This document shows positions 10,603 to 21,270 of a DNA stretch of 64,000 nucleotides, in pieces (position 1 is the first letter of the stretch; every line of letters starts with the position of its first letter). The stretch spans positions 32,001 to 96,000 of the IMG/VR virus record IMGVR_UViG_3300027860_000004; one strand, given 5' to 3'. Source of the DNA: a virus. Taxonomy: Duplodnaviria; Caudoviricetes. The translations under genes were made by a program, and so were the position numbers. The notes under the pieces are model-generated. The model was not told the DNA's origin. It did not search any database and saw nothing but the letters and a program-made list of their open reading frames with translations.

Positions 10603-11587
10603 AATGTGGTACAAAAGAGCATCTACATCCAACATGGTTAAAATAATCAAAACCTTGTCTTGTCAAAACATCTGCTACGCTTTGAAAATCATAATAACAA
10701 ATAAAATTCAAAAAATCATTTCGGTTTGGCAAAATATTATTGTTTTCATCCATTAAAACCATATCACCAACTTGAATTGCACGACAATATCCGCAATCAT
10801 CGTGATGTTGACCTGTTTGCCAAACAACTTCTTTAACTTTATCATGCATTAATTGCGCTATATTACCTGCTAAATAAGCATTTCTAATATGATTTCTCGC
10901 AACTGTTTTTAAATCATTAGTAAATGAATCAGATTTTAATGTTATAAATTCATTTAAATCTGCTCTCTTTATATTTTGATTAACTAATTTTTTTATATCT
11001 GTATTTAAAGATGAAATAACTTTTCCAAAACCAATATTAAATTCGTTTCGAGATTGTTTATAGAAATCGAAGTATAAATTTTGAATTTCTGGAGTATTTA
11101 CTGTAAATCTAGATTCTATGGCGGAATTACCATTGAAAAGTGTTTGATGAAATCTACCTTGAGCAAATATTAATGGAAGATATTCTTCATATAGTTTATC
11201 TAAAAAATTAAATTGTTCGTCAGCAGTTTTATTTATTACTTTTTGAAGAGAAGCAATTTTAGGAGTAAGTTTTGAAGAGGGATTAATTTGGTTAATTCCT
11301 TGAACAAAATTATTAGAAATTTCAACCAAATTATCAGTAAGTTCTCTATCTAAACCAATTTGAAGCCTTTTGGCACTTCGAATAATTTTAGCATTATTAA
11401 TTTTATCAATCCATGATTGTTGATTTTGTACTTTAGTTTGCTTTTTTAAAACTATTGGAGCAAGGTCAGCATAAACAACATCATTAAATTTATCAATTGA
11501 ATGATTAGCTCTTATTTCTAAAGCCTTTAATTTTTCAAGAAGACCAATTAGTTCTGCTTTTTTTTCTATCTTACTCTTCATCTGCAA
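10601..11587 (-). CDS. MuF/SPP1 gp7-like head morphogenesis protein
   Basis: directly after portal; W..DDCGYC..HVGCRC C-terminal motif. Confidence 0.7.
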   Translation of the reverse strand: MQMKSKIEKKAELIGLLEKLKALEIRANHSIDKFNDVVYADLAPIVLKKQTKVQNQQSWIDKINNAKIIRSAKRLQIGLDRELTDNLVEISNNFVQGINQINPSSKLTPKIASLQKVINKTADEQFNFLDKLYEEYLPLIFAQGRFHQTLFNGNSAIESRFTVNTPEIQNLYFDFYKQSRNEFNIGFGKVISSLNTDIKKLVNQNIKRADLNEFITLKSDSFTNDLKTVARNHIRNAYLAGNIAQLMHDKVKEVVWQTGQHHDDCGYCRAIQVGDMVLMDENNNILPNRNDFLNFICYYDFQSVADVLTRQGFDYFNHVGCRCSFVPH

Positions 11588-13361
11588 TTAAAGCCTCTAT
11601 TTGTTGTTTAATTTTTGCTATTTCTTTTTTTAATCCAACATTAGATTGAAGCGATGCTGCAATTGGCGGTCTTGTTGTTGCTCTTTGTGCGGGAGCAAAA
11701 CCTGCGCCAGATGGGATAGTGTCTATACCTCCAGAAGTGCCAGATTGTGGCAATCCTTGAAGTAAATCACCTTGTGGTGCCGCCGCATCAACGCCTGGAA
11801 CGGTCATTGGTTGAGCTTCAACATTCATTGGCATATTTTGTCCTGTCATTTTCATTTGCAATGCCATTTGTTGAGCTTGCATTTGTGATGTTAATGACAT
11901 TTGGATTGCCATTTGTCTAGCCATAATTCTACTTGAATCAAAGATTGTATCTCTTTCTTCTTGAAGATTCAATGCTTCTGTTTCAGAATTGATATGTAAT
12001 GCATCTAACATTGTTTTTGCTGAAACAAGATTCATTTGGCGTAATTGTAAAAGGGTTTGTTGACGAGAAAGTTCATCTTGTAAACGTAAAGCATCCCATT
12101 TAAATTCTGGAACAACTAAAAATTCAACATCTGTGTCTGGGTCTTTGTCGTACCACCCATTTAATTCTGCAAGAGGTTTAAAAATCTTTTCTTCAATAAA
12201 TTCTTTTAATGAAGTTCTAAAATTTTCAAGTTTTTGTAAGAATGCGTTACCACCAATAGATGCATTTGCATAAGTTGGCCCTAATCCATCAAGAAATGCG
12301 CGAGATACACCCAAACCGGAAATAATTTCACGTTCGATAAAATCATATTCACCATTTAATTGAAGTGTTTTACCTGCAATACCTTGCCAATCTGCTTGAA
12401 ATCTTTGGTGAGTAACAAGAATCATTGACGGGTCATTAATTAATGCTGTCAATTGCATTTGCATATCATCAATAGCAGCTTGGTCTGGAAGTTCATCAAT
12501 AGTGCCAAGTTTAAATATCTTTAATGGCATAACATAACGTTCAGCAATTGTAAACTGAGCGCGACGAATCATTTCTTTGTACATAAGTGTTTTAAAAACA
12601 CGTTTCAACAAAGGTATACCATATGTACCATAGGGAGTTGGAGTGTGTTTTAAATGTGTTATATGAGCATTATCAATAGGTATATTTTTACCTGCTCTAA
12701 CAGCCATAATTACATCTGGAGCATACATCTTTAATTCATTGTATTGTTGACGAGGTTCTTGGTCAAAAACTAATCGTTTTAAGTTATCATCTGGAATCAT
12801 TTCATAATATGATTCAGCAAGTAACATATTGGCTTTAACTTCTAAGTAATCAGGATTAAGAATTACAAATCGTTTCCAATCTGATTTTTCTTCATCAAGT
12901 TCACCCATAATAAAAACGTCGCCAATTTTCCAATATTCTAGTGAAATACCTTGAAGCAATTCACGAATTTTAATCCTCTTCAACATATCTTCACAATATT
13001 TTCTGTAATGAGGATTAGAACACTCCACACTCCAATCAGTAATTGGTAAAGAAGCATATAAATCAATAACAGCAGCAGGTATTGCTTCTGTTTCATAAAA
13101 ATGTCTTACCCAAACATTAACTTGTTTTCTATCGCGAGGAAGTTGTAAAGATGTTGGAGTATATAATGGATTGTAATATGTAGGTGGTGCAATTGAAAGA
13201 CCACTTGCCATTTTTCGCATCCCATTAATTTTTGAAGAACCATTTTTTATAGTTTTCATTAATTCTGGACCAATATAAGTTTCCATGCGAACTAATCCAT
13301 CGCCACCCGTAATTGGTTTTAAATCAACTAATTTTGATTCACTCGTCTTTTTTCTTGCCAT
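11571..13361 (-). CDS. portal protein
   Basis: 596 aa; EYWKIGDVF, ILNPDY, HLK..YG.P.LKR motifs, Q/P/G-rich tail, position in head module. Confidence 0.85.
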   Translation of the reverse strand: MARKKTSESKLVDLKPITGGDGLVRMETYIGPELMKTIKNGSSKINGMRKMASGLSIAPPTYYNPLYTPTSLQLPRDRKQVNVWVRHFYETEAIPAAVIDLYASLPITDWSVECSNPHYRKYCEDMLKRIKIRELLQGISLEYWKIGDVFIMGELDEEKSDWKRFVILNPDYLEVKANMLLAESYYEMIPDDNLKRLVFDQEPRQQYNELKMYAPDVIMAVRAGKNIPIDNAHITHLKHTPTPYGTYGIPLLKRVFKTLMYKEMIRRAQFTIAERYVMPLKIFKLGTIDELPDQAAIDDMQMQLTALINDPSMILVTHQRFQADWQGIAGKTLQLNGEYDFIEREIISGLGVSRAFLDGLGPTYANASIGGNAFLQKLENFRTSLKEFIEEKIFKPLAELNGWYDKDPDTDVEFLVVPEFKWDALRLQDELSRQQTLLQLRQMNLVSAKTMLDALHINSETEALNLQEERDTIFDSSRIMARQMAIQMSLTSQMQAQQMALQMKMTGQNMPMNVEAQPMTVPGVDAAAPQGDLLQGLPQSGTSGGIDTIPSGAGFAPAQRATTRPPIAASLQSNVGLKKEIAKIKQQIEALIADEE

Positions 13362-13371
13362 ATTAAATTAA

Positions 13372-14673
13372 TTAACTCCCAGAGGGTACAACACCGCTGA
13401 AATCTCCGCCGCCTTCGCCGCCGAAACCACCGCCTGTATTAATGTATTGAAAGTAATTATCTTTACCATCAAAATCATCTTGTACTTTTTTATATTTTGG
13501 TAAACCTTTTTGTTGAACCCAATTTGGGTCTTTTTCAGGAATGCTTGTATCTTGAATTTTACCATCTGTCATCGCGGCAGGTTGAGGTAAAATAACTCCT
13601 GGATAAACGTCATTTTCATCATCATTTCCACTATTTGGATTAACATTTGGAACTACTGGACCATAATCTGCTTGTTTAGGAAAAGCACATTTATCACAGC
13701 AACGTCCACGAATATCGTTGTAATCAGTTTTACCACATTTTCCGCATGGCATTTTACCAGTTTTTGCAAAAACTTTTTTTAAGTAATCATTTAAAAAAGC
13801 GTCACCCATACTGTTTGAACTTACAATACCACTATAAAGTTTAGACTCTTCTTCAGTTCCACTATAACCTTGCATAGGGTTTGCATCCATACGAGTATTA
13901 TCACTAGATTGGTCGCCTGTACCAAAATCATGAGTTGCTCTGTCATGCTTACGCCCGACTTCATCAGGATATTCAATATCATCAACGTTTGAACCAGTAT
14001 CCCAACCATCCACATCACTTGCAGTACGAGCAAAAGGATTTAAAGTTGTTATTAGTCGAGCATACGAATAATCTCGGCCCTTATTTATTTCTGGAATATT
14101 TTGATATTGGTTTTTACCAACAATTTCAGGGTCATCTAATATCATATCTTTTGCGGGACCGGATACATGAGGAGCATCGGTATTTGAAACGTAATTAATA
14201 CCTTGTTGATTGTTTTCTAACTCTTCAATAGGATGGCCACCATGCAAAATTTCAGGTGAATCTGGAGCATGGTGTGTAAAGTTTGCTCCTCCACCAGCAA
14301 CAGAATCATCAGGAGAAAGACCATTGAAAGATGCAGAAACAACTACATTTGCATGGTTATCATCAACTGCACCTTCACCAAAAGGGAAATCAGAAAATTC
14401 ATTGGAATCTGAAGTGTTTGGTTTATCTTTGTCTGCTTCTGAATTAGCAGAGTCATGAACATTTAAAGTCATTGGCATCATTGCAGGTTGGTATTCATTA
14501 TCTCTTTGTACACCACCACTACCATATGGCGTTTCCATTTCACTATTATATGTTTCAGAACCATCAGCAACATTACGTTGGTCAATATCACCTGAACCAG
14601 AATAAGATTCTGCAAATTTTTGGAACCAATCGCTCATATTAGCATCCTGTCTTAAATATTTAATTTGATTCAA
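13372..14673 (-). CDS. acidic low-complexity protein, possible internal head protein (alternative start 14637)
   Basis: D/N/S/G-rich 433 aa with one CxxC..CxxC cluster. Confidence 0.6.
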   Translation of the reverse strand: MNQIKYLRQDANMSDWFQKFAESYSGSGDIDQRNVADGSETYNSEMETPYGSGGVQRDNEYQPAMMPMTLNVHDSANSEADKDKPNTSDSNEFSDFPFGEGAVDDNHANVVVSASFNGLSPDDSVAGGGANFTHHAPDSPEILHGGHPIEELENNQQGINYVSNTDAPHVSGPAKDMILDDPEIVGKNQYQNIPEINKGRDYSYARLITTLNPFARTASDVDGWDTGSNVDDIEYPDEVGRKHDRATHDFGTGDQSSDNTRMDANPMQGYSGTEEESKLYSGIVSSNSMGDAFLNDYLKKVFAKTGKMPCGKCGKTDYNDIRGRCCDKCAFPKQADYGPVVPNVNPNSGNDDENDVYPGVILPQPAAMTDGKIQDTSIPEKDPNWVQQKGLPKYKKVQDDFDGKDNYFQYINTGGGFGGEGGGDFSGVVPSGS

Positions 14674-14911
14674 TTGTTACAACAGAAACAAAATCTTCAA
14701 ATCCATTACCATCAGATTGTTCTAATTCTGATTTTTCGATTAGAAGTAAAGCATCTTTACGATTCATAAAGTCTATAATTTCATTAGAGATTTTACCGAC
14801 TTCATCCATATCGCCATGAATTGTACAAATATCGCGTTCTATTAATAAACTTAATATAACTCTTTCAGTACGTTCAAGTTCTTCTTTGATTAAATCTAAT
14901 TTTGTAATCAT
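14660..14911 (-). CDS. hypothetical protein
   Basis: 83 aa in operon. Confidence 0.55.
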   Translation of the reverse strand: MITKLDLIKEELERTERVILSLLIERDICTIHGDMDEVGKISNEIIDFMNRKDALLLIEKSELEQSDGNGFEDFVSVVTIESN

Positions 14912-14940
14912 TAAATTGGAACTATCCTTGTTAAGAGAAA

Positions 14941-16089
14941 TTACGCAACTTGTTGTCCTTTATCAATGTTTTCTGTGTACGTGCCAGGTATACCATCAAA
15001 AGAAATGTCCAATGTATTATAAGCAGAAACCCAATTTTTAATTTTATGACTTAATAAATGATTATTACCAACATAATCAAAATTATTTTTTCTTAATTCT
15101 TTTCTTAATTCCTTATTATCAATTAATAATTGAATAGATTTTTTCCAATCATTTTTTGATTCTGCCAATAAACCAACTTTATTTGTTGATTCATTTACAT
15201 ATTGGAGATATGGCCCAAATCGTGAAGCAACAAAAGGAATGCCAGCAAGTCCATATTCAATTAATTTAATATATGATTTACAAGCATTAAAAACAAAACT
15301 TTCTAAAGGTGCTAAAGCAATGTCTAAATCAAGTGATTGTAAAACTTTATAATACTTGACTGTCGGATTTTCATTGTCTTGGGAATAATTTGTTCCATGT
15401 CCGTTTTTGTCTCTTGGAAAGGTATCTCCTGCAAAACTCATGCGTTGGCGAATTTCAAAAGGAAACATTCCTCTCATATCAGAACCCATAAATACAAATT
15501 CTACATTTTTATTGGTCGTAAAAATATCAATAAGAGCAGGAACAACCTTTTTAAAGTCATCAGTATGTGTGGAGGAACCTGCCCATCCAATTCTTATTTT
15601 TTCATTATCAAAATTTTTCTCTGACAATTCGAATTTTTCAAAGACATTATTATCCAAAGCATTATAACACACGTTTATATTCTTGTTAAAACGGGTATAT
15701 TCCCTCAATAATTGTGGAGTTGAAACAGTAACCATATCAGCCAAATCAAGCAAAATCTCGGTATTTTTGGTTGCGATTTTTCCTCCACCATAAATTTTAG
15801 ACGATGGATTTGAGTTCGGAATCGCATGTAAGTTGTCGTCAAATTCAAAGACGACCTTTCCATGAGGTACATTTTCTTTATAAAGTTTGGCTTGCTTGAT
15901 TACTCCTTCCGCATGTTGTCTTTGGAGAACAAGAACATCAAATTTCGATGTTTTATCAGGGAAAAGTATGTTCGTTATTTCAATCTCTGCCCCCAAATTT
16001 GCAAGCGCCTTATAAGGAAGCAAACAGCGATAATAGCCGCATCCTAGCAAGTCACCAACAGCAATCAAGATACGGGGATGGTTGTTCAT
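14941..16089 (-). CDS. GT-B (GT4-like) glycosyltransferase
   Basis: GCGYYR..P, FEFDDNL, IGWAGS.TH, DIALAPL..FN.CKS.IKLIEY..AGIP.VAS; GGAGA SD before ATG 16089. Confidence 0.85.
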   Translation of the reverse strand: MNNHPRILIAVGDLLGCGYYRCLLPYKALANLGAEIEITNILFPDKTSKFDVLVLQRQHAEGVIKQAKLYKENVPHGKVVFEFDDNLHAIPNSNPSSKIYGGGKIATKNTEILLDLADMVTVSTPQLLREYTRFNKNINVCYNALDNNVFEKFELSEKNFDNEKIRIGWAGSSTHTDDFKKVVPALIDIFTTNKNVEFVFMGSDMRGMFPFEIRQRMSFAGDTFPRDKNGHGTNYSQDNENPTVKYYKVLQSLDLDIALAPLESFVFNACKSYIKLIEYGLAGIPFVASRFGPYLQYVNESTNKVGLLAESKNDWKKSIQLLIDNKELRKELRKNNFDYVGNNHLLSHKIKNWVSAYNTLDISFDGIPGTYTENIDKGQQVA

Positions 16090-16111
16090 AGAAAATTTCT
16101 CCAATTGAGTG

Positions 16112-16140
16112 TTGACAATAAATGACAAATGTGTTAGGTT
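16112..16140 (+). promoter_or_regulatory. sigma70-like promoter for the 16197 gene
   Basis: TTGACA-17-TAGGTT. Confidence 0.45.
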
Positions 16141-16196
16141 CTATTCATAAAGCGGAATATAACCGCTTGAAACACTTGACTTTAAAAGGAAATAAA

Positions 16197-16823
16197 ATGG
16201 CAGCTACTGCAACAGCAACGAGCAAAACCACTACTTATAATGATATTCCAAAAGGCCGTGGTGTGCGGATTTTTGAACAAAATAAGAAGAAAATTGCCGT
16301 CGTTCCACGAAATTCTGCGCGATTTTTAGAAGGGCTCTTAGCCCAGGGACCCTATAACCAAGAAGAATGGGTAGGTCAAAAGAACGTCTACATTATTGAA
16401 AAAGACCTCGCAAAGAAAATTTTCCCTGAAAATCCCGATACTGCTCCAAGCCTCGCAAATTCTTCACGTAGCCTTCTTGAAGACAAAAAAATTCTTGAAA
16501 CTGTTCGCTCCGGCTCCCCATCAACGCGAGCCATCGTGAAGGTTCTCGTTGATGATTTTGTTCAATCAGAAACCAATCAGGGTGTTCGTCCTTCCACCAA
16601 AGGTCCACGTAAGGCTCGCGTCAAAAAGACCGCAGATAGTCGCACCACTTCTTCGCGCAGAATGACCACGGTAGGTCGTCCTTCTGTTGCTTCAAAAGTT
16701 CAAGCCAAGGACAAATTCCTTGATAGTTTAGGAATCGAATCTGTGGCCGAATTCCGCCAAGGTATCGAAATGCTTGATTATATTGAAGCAACGTATCCAA
16801 ACATTTACAAAAAAATGATTTAG
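16197..16823 (+). CDS. basic hypothetical protein, possibly nucleic-acid binding
   Basis: ATG 16197 with AAGGA SD; K/R/S/T-rich tail; GC-richer than neighbours. Confidence 0.65.
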   Translation: MAATATATSKTTTYNDIPKGRGVRIFEQNKKKIAVVPRNSARFLEGLLAQGPYNQEEWVGQKNVYIIEKDLAKKIFPENPDTAPSLANSSRSLLEDKKILETVRSGSPSTRAIVKVLVDDFVQSETNQGVRPSTKGPRKARVKKTADSRTTSSRRMTTVGRPSVASKVQAKDKFLDSLGIESVAEFRQGIEMLDYIEATYPNIYKKMI

Positions 16824-16842
16824 TTTTAAAAACTAACTTTAA

Positions 16843-16877
16843 AAAAAGGGCTCTAGTAGCAATACTAGGCCCTTTTT
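16843..16877. terminator. bidirectional terminator
   Basis: AAAAAGGGC.CTAGT-agcaat-ACTAG.GCCCTTTTT. Confidence 0.75.
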
Positions 16878-17742
16878 AAATAAATTTTTCAATTTGTTTA
16901 GTGTTTTTCGCATCTGTAATTCCCCACATGCCAGATGCTTCTTTAGGAATTTCGATGTTTTGATTTTTCCCAACTTTATCCCGGTCGATTCCATGACAAA
17001 GTTTATAATATTCCGGTTTACATTTATACATGCATTCTGGTGAACTTGGTGCTAATTTGAATTCTGGCTCTTTACCTTCCATTACATGTTTAATTAAAAT
17101 TTGTGAATATTTCAATAAATCATTTATCATTTTTTGATTTTTAGGAACTATAAACTCGGTGATTTTGTGAGAGTCTTTTTCTTCATAAAAAATTATACTT
17201 TTTGTAACTGTTCTGCCCTTTAAAATCGCTTTAATTTCTGGGTCATCTTTCATTTCATTTAAAAGATGAAAATATAATTGAGTTTGTTTTATATGTTCTT
17301 CATCAGGAGAATTATTATCTTTCATTTTCTTCATTGCATAAGATTTACATGATTTCAATTCAACAAGATAAAGTGTATTTTTTATTTCAACAAGTAAATC
17401 TAAACGAGCTTTTATTTTATTTTTAGTATCAATTAAAGTTTTTTCACATAGCTTAACAATACCTATTTTGGCTAAAACATCTTGAATGTATTCATGAAAT
17501 TGATTACCAACAACTTTAGCTCTTTCATTTTCATAAGAGAATTCATCGTCTTTAACGGGTTCTAAAAATCCATTACCGCTAAATTTAAAATTAAAATATG
17601 CTTTAGTCATGCACATATAATCTATAGAAGGAGAAAGATTTTCTTTTTTTCTCCCAGCATATGATGACGCATTTATTTTAGCATAATCTATGACTTTTTC
17701 TTTTAAAAGTGGTGCTAAAATTTCTACTTGTTGAAAGTTCAT
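16876..17742 (-). CDS. Cas4-like PD-(D/E)xK exonuclease
   Basis: N-terminal Cys, G..FHE.IQ, RLD.L, VELKS, Q.QLY and three C-terminal Cys (Fe-S pattern). Confidence 0.8.
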   Translation of the reverse strand: MNFQQVEILAPLLKEKVIDYAKINASSYAGRKKENLSPSIDYMCMTKAYFNFKFSGNGFLEPVKDDEFSYENERAKVVGNQFHEYIQDVLAKIGIVKLCEKTLIDTKNKIKARLDLLVEIKNTLYLVELKSCKSYAMKKMKDNNSPDEEHIKQTQLYFHLLNEMKDDPEIKAILKGRTVTKSIIFYEEKDSHKITEFIVPKNQKMINDLLKYSQILIKHVMEGKEPEFKLAPSSPECMYKCKPEYYKLCHGIDRDKVGKNQNIEIPKEASGMWGITDAKNTKQIEKFI

Positions 17743-17757
17743 GTTTCTATTATAGAA

Positions 17758-18516
17758 CTAACTTTCTGTAAAACTGTTTGCAAATTCATCGGTAAGTTTT
17801 TCTACTAATTTATATTTTTCTATAGTTAATTTATATAAATTATATTCTTTATAAATTTCTAACCAATTGGTCATTTCTTTTTCAGGATATTTGTCATCTT
17901 TATAATATTTTTCCATATCTTCCGAAGCGAATCCATATTTTTTCTCAAATTTTTCTAATTTAGCTTTTAATAATTTGATTCTATTTTCAGCAAATGCTAA
18001 TGTTTTATCGGGTTTTTGTTTATGTTTCCATACATTAGGATGAGTTATAGTATTTAATAAAATTTTGGCTAGTGTTAACTTAGCAAAATCTCTTTCGGAT
18101 AAGATTTCCATAAGTTGTTTTGTAAATTGTGAATTTTCTTTATTATCTGCTTCAATAATTTTCCATAAACCATAAGTTAAAATTAAATCCAAGAAGTTTG
18201 TAGATGCTTCACCTTGAGTTATATTACTTAAACTTCTCCAAGAGTAACCTAATTTAGGCATTATTGATAAAATTAAAATATCTTTTATTTCATGTTCGGG
18301 GTTCAAATCTTTTAAAATATCATTTATAAATTTCGAATATAATTTTATAAATTTATAAATTGCATTTTCATCTGGCTCTCCATTTTTTTGTTTTAATTCT
18401 CTAGAAATAACTTTGTATTCTTTATCATCATTTAGTTTTGCTGATTTGATATCAAATTCATCTTCATTTGCAAATATTGCAAATTCACCTGTTTCTGGAC
18501 TGTAATGAAAACGCAT
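17758..18516 (-). CDS. hypothetical protein
   Basis: 252 aa ORF. Confidence 0.65.
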   Translation of the reverse strand: MRFHYSPETGEFAIFANEDEFDIKSAKLNDDKEYKVISRELKQKNGEPDENAIYKFIKLYSKFINDILKDLNPEHEIKDILILSIMPKLGYSWRSLSNITQGEASTNFLDLILTYGLWKIIEADNKENSQFTKQLMEILSERDFAKLTLAKILLNTITHPNVWKHKQKPDKTLAFAENRIKLLKAKLEKFEKKYGFASEDMEKYYKDDKYPEKEMTNWLEIYKEYNLYKLTIEKYKLVEKLTDEFANSFTES

Positions 18517-18816
18517 TTAAAGCACCGTATCTTCGGGCGAACTTTGCCCGTAAGACCCTTGGAAAATTACACTTGAAAACGGAATATCAACAGATACTTT
18601 CTCACCAGGAAACAAGATTGATAAAGCCAATTGAGGCATCGTTGAATTATCTCCGTAATAAACACCCCCATACCCAAATTTTATCTCTGTAATTATTCCT
18701 TGACCATATTTAGTTAAAATAGGATTTCCAACTCTTAATGGTAATTGAGTTCCTCTAGGGCAAGGAACATTTCTGAGATATTGAGCATACGGATTACCAT
18801 TAGAATTATATGACAT
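18517..18816 (-). CDS. hypothetical protein, possible SH3-like barrel
   Basis: VG..I.TKYGQG.I.EI pattern. Confidence 0.55.
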   Translation of the reverse strand: MSYNSNGNPYAQYLRNVPCPRGTQLPLRVGNPILTKYGQGIITEIKFGYGGVYYGDNSTMPQLALSILFPGEKVSVDIPFSSVIFQGSYGQSSPEDTVL

Positions 18817-18849
18817 ATCATTTACTTTTCTGAGAATGATTCTTATTTG

Positions 18850-21201
18850 TTACCATTGACGGGCTCTAAATAAACCACTTGTTGGTAATTTCTGATATTT
18901 AGTGAAGTTACTTGCTGTTTTTGCATAAAATGCGGTTCTTACAGCATCAATAACATGGTCTGGAGAAACAGTTCCTTTAGAATAAACAATTTGTCCACCG
19001 CTACCAGTAGAATATGTATGATTTCTAAATTGATTTTCAATTGAGTCATCAAATTCTAAACCTGGCATTTGTAATAAGTTTCTTTCAGCATGGTAAATAA
19101 TCATATTTGTCATTGCTTCTTTTGCTGGAGCAGTAACTTCTTTTCCATTAATTTTATCAACTACAAGTCTTCCACCAAATGGAATTGGAATCAATCTTTT
19201 ATCAAAATTATGTAGAGCAAATTTATTCCATCCTGTGCGTTTAGACATAAGAATTTGAGCAACAGCAGTACCATTACTTCCGGCATCCATTCCGAGCATT
19301 TTAAATTGATAATAATTATCTAATAAAGCTATTAAATCTGCTTGAATATCATATGTAACATGTTCCATATGAATTCGCAAAACCATCTTCATAATTCCAT
19401 TCCATTCTTCAAAAACAACGAATTCTGAAGGGTCGGCAGAATAACCTAAATCAGCGCCAAACCAATATTTACATCCTGGATGCTTAGAAGGAAATCTTCT
19501 ATTTAACCAACCGCTTAAATCATTACCAATAGCATGAAGACTTTCTGGAGTAAGATTTAATAAACGATATTCTGGAGATTCTTTATTATCATTTTTGTAT
19601 TTATAAGCAAATACTTTTTCAAAGACCAACCAGTTGAATACACCCATGTCAACAGTCCCCCAATCTGCCATGATTTCATGTTCATATTGGGTTGTATTTA
19701 ATTCGGCTTTAAAAGAACGGTCTTGAATTTCATCATATTTTGGGTTTTCCCATGATGCAAACCAAAATTCTTTATAACCCCATTCTGGGTCTGTACAATT
19801 TGCAACTCCTATAAAATTAGCAACATAGGAATGGTCATTTTCAACTTCAAGATTATATACCGATAAACTTTTTATTTCAAATTCATTGTTAGTAATAGGA
19901 AGATAAATGAATTTATCATCTACATGACCAAAATTAATTGCTAAATCATCAAACTTACTTAAATTATAACATTGTTTTAAATTTAAAGGTATAGCAAGGA
20001 AATCTCCTGGATAAAGTTCTTCAATAGGATAATATTGTGCCTCTGGCTTTTGTACTCCATCATGTAAAGATGGAAGCAAACATTCGTTGGATGGATTCCA
20101 TAACATTTGTTCACAATAATTACAAAAGTGATTTTCTTTTTTTACTGCCATTACTCTGTGATTTGGAGTTGCTTTTATTGGCACTTCTGAGCCCATATAC
20201 CATACAGAATGCATATTTCCGGTATATGGACGGTTCATTATCTTAGTGACCCTTGCAGGCTCTGCAAAGCGGTTAAAAACAACATCGTCAACTTCTATGT
20301 CTTCAATATTTTTTATAGTTCCATCTGATAATAAAATAGGAGTGTCATTTTCAAAACATGCTTTAAAAAAGTGTGCGCGTCTTCCAGATGGTGTGGAAGA
20401 TAATACTGTTAAGGCTTCATCACCAGCATTGATTTCAGTTGCTTTTTCAGCAGCGAAGAATGATGCTGGCATATAATCTGCTTCGTCATATAATTTATAA
20501 TCAAAAGTTTTAGAACGTGCTGCCTGTCCATTTGCACCAGGTCCTCTAAATACAAGAGTTGCAGGTTGACTCCAACCATCAACATGAAATTCAATTTGTG
20601 GGAATGGATTTTTTTTAACTACAATAATTCCTTGGTCCATTGCCATACAATATTCAGGGCATTCATTCAAAAATTTCATTACGCGGTCAAAGACTGTTTT
20701 TGCTTTATCAGCATCCGCAGAAGCCAAAATAATATTAGCTCCGCGTGTGTATTGTTTTTCCCGAATTACAATGCCTTTAGGATTTTCCGGTGTAATTTTA
20801 GATTTATCTCTTACCGGAAATTTCTTTTTATATTTAATAGGTTTAACTAAAGCAAGATATAACGCGCCAAGAGCAAGAACCTCAGTTTTCCCAGATTGTC
20901 TTCCAATACGCCAAGCAAATCTTTTAATTGGTAAACCACGAAAAGCCTTGATAGGGTAATTTTTTGGATAAGTATATAATTTATCAAAACATCCAAGCAA
21001 TAAAACTTGATAAAATGCTTTTGGTGACCATTTAAATTTATTTTGAGCCCAATATAAAGCATAAGAACTTCTGGCAAGTGCATAATCTCTATGTAATTGC
21101 TCTGTTCTTGTTATAATTTCTTCTTCAAAAACTTCATTTTCAGCCTTTTTTATTGCTGATTCATCAAGTAATTTACCTAAAACATTTATTGTTTCGCTCA
21201 T
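18850..21201 (-). CDS. terL: terminase large subunit (intein-containing)
   Basis: Walker A GRQSGKT, Walker B LYDEAD, SSTP coupling motif, RNase H-like GADLG / MDA / DHVIDA. Confidence 0.93.
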   Translation of the reverse strand: MSETINVLGKLLDESAIKKAENEVFEEEIITRTEQLHRDYALARSSYALYWAQNKFKWSPKAFYQVLLLGCFDKLYTYPKNYPIKAFRGLPIKRFAWRIGRQSGKTEVLALGALYLALVKPIKYKKKFPVRDKSKITPENPKGIVIREKQYTRGANIILASADADKAKTVFDRVMKFLNECPEYCMAMDQGIIVVKKNPFPQIEFHVDGWSQPATLVFRGPGANGQAARSKTFDYKLYDEADYMPASFFAAEKATEINAGDEALTVLSSTPSGRRAHFFKACFENDTPILLSDGTIKNIEDIEVDDVVFNRFAEPARVTKIMNRPYTGNMHSVWYMGSEVPIKATPNHRVMAVKKENHFCNYCEQMLWNPSNECLLPSLHDGVQKPEAQYYPIEELYPGDFLAIPLNLKQCYNLSKFDDLAINFGHVDDKFIYLPITNNEFEIKSLSVYNLEVENDHSYVANFIGVANCTDPEWGYKEFWFASWENPKYDEIQDRSFKAELNTTQYEHEIMADWGTVDMGVFNWLVFEKVFAYKYKNDNKESPEYRLLNLTPESLHAIGNDLSGWLNRRFPSKHPGCKYWFGADLGYSADPSEFVVFEEWNGIMKMVLRIHMEHVTYDIQADLIALLDNYYQFKMLGMDAGSNGTAVAQILMSKRTGWNKFALHNFDKRLIPIPFGGRLVVDKINGKEVTAPAKEAMTNMIIYHAERNLLQMPGLEFDDSIENQFRNHTYSTGSGGQIVYSKGTVSPDHVIDAVRTAFYAKTASNFTKYQKLPTSGLFRARQW
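19798..20358 (-). mobile_element. mini-intein (187 aa) in TerL
   Basis: block A CFENDTPILLSDG..IEDI..D.V, block B ATPNH, block F VYNLEVE.DHSYVAN, end VAN|C; no LAGLIDADG motif. Confidence 0.9.
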
Positions 21202-21222
21202 TAAATTTAAATCCTACTATAT

Positions 21223-21256
21223 AAATAAGAGTTCTTGATAGTAAGAACTCTTATTT
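21223..21256. terminator. 14-bp perfect hairpin just upstream of terL
   Basis: AAATAAGAGTTCTT-gatagt-AAGAACTCTTATTT. Confidence 0.6.
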
Positions 21257-21270
21257 GAATCTTTATAAAA

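Noticed and set aside
16876-17742. Cas4 as part of a CRISPR-Cas system
   Set aside because: Stand-alone Cas4-like nucleases are common in phages; no cas1, cas2 or array nearby
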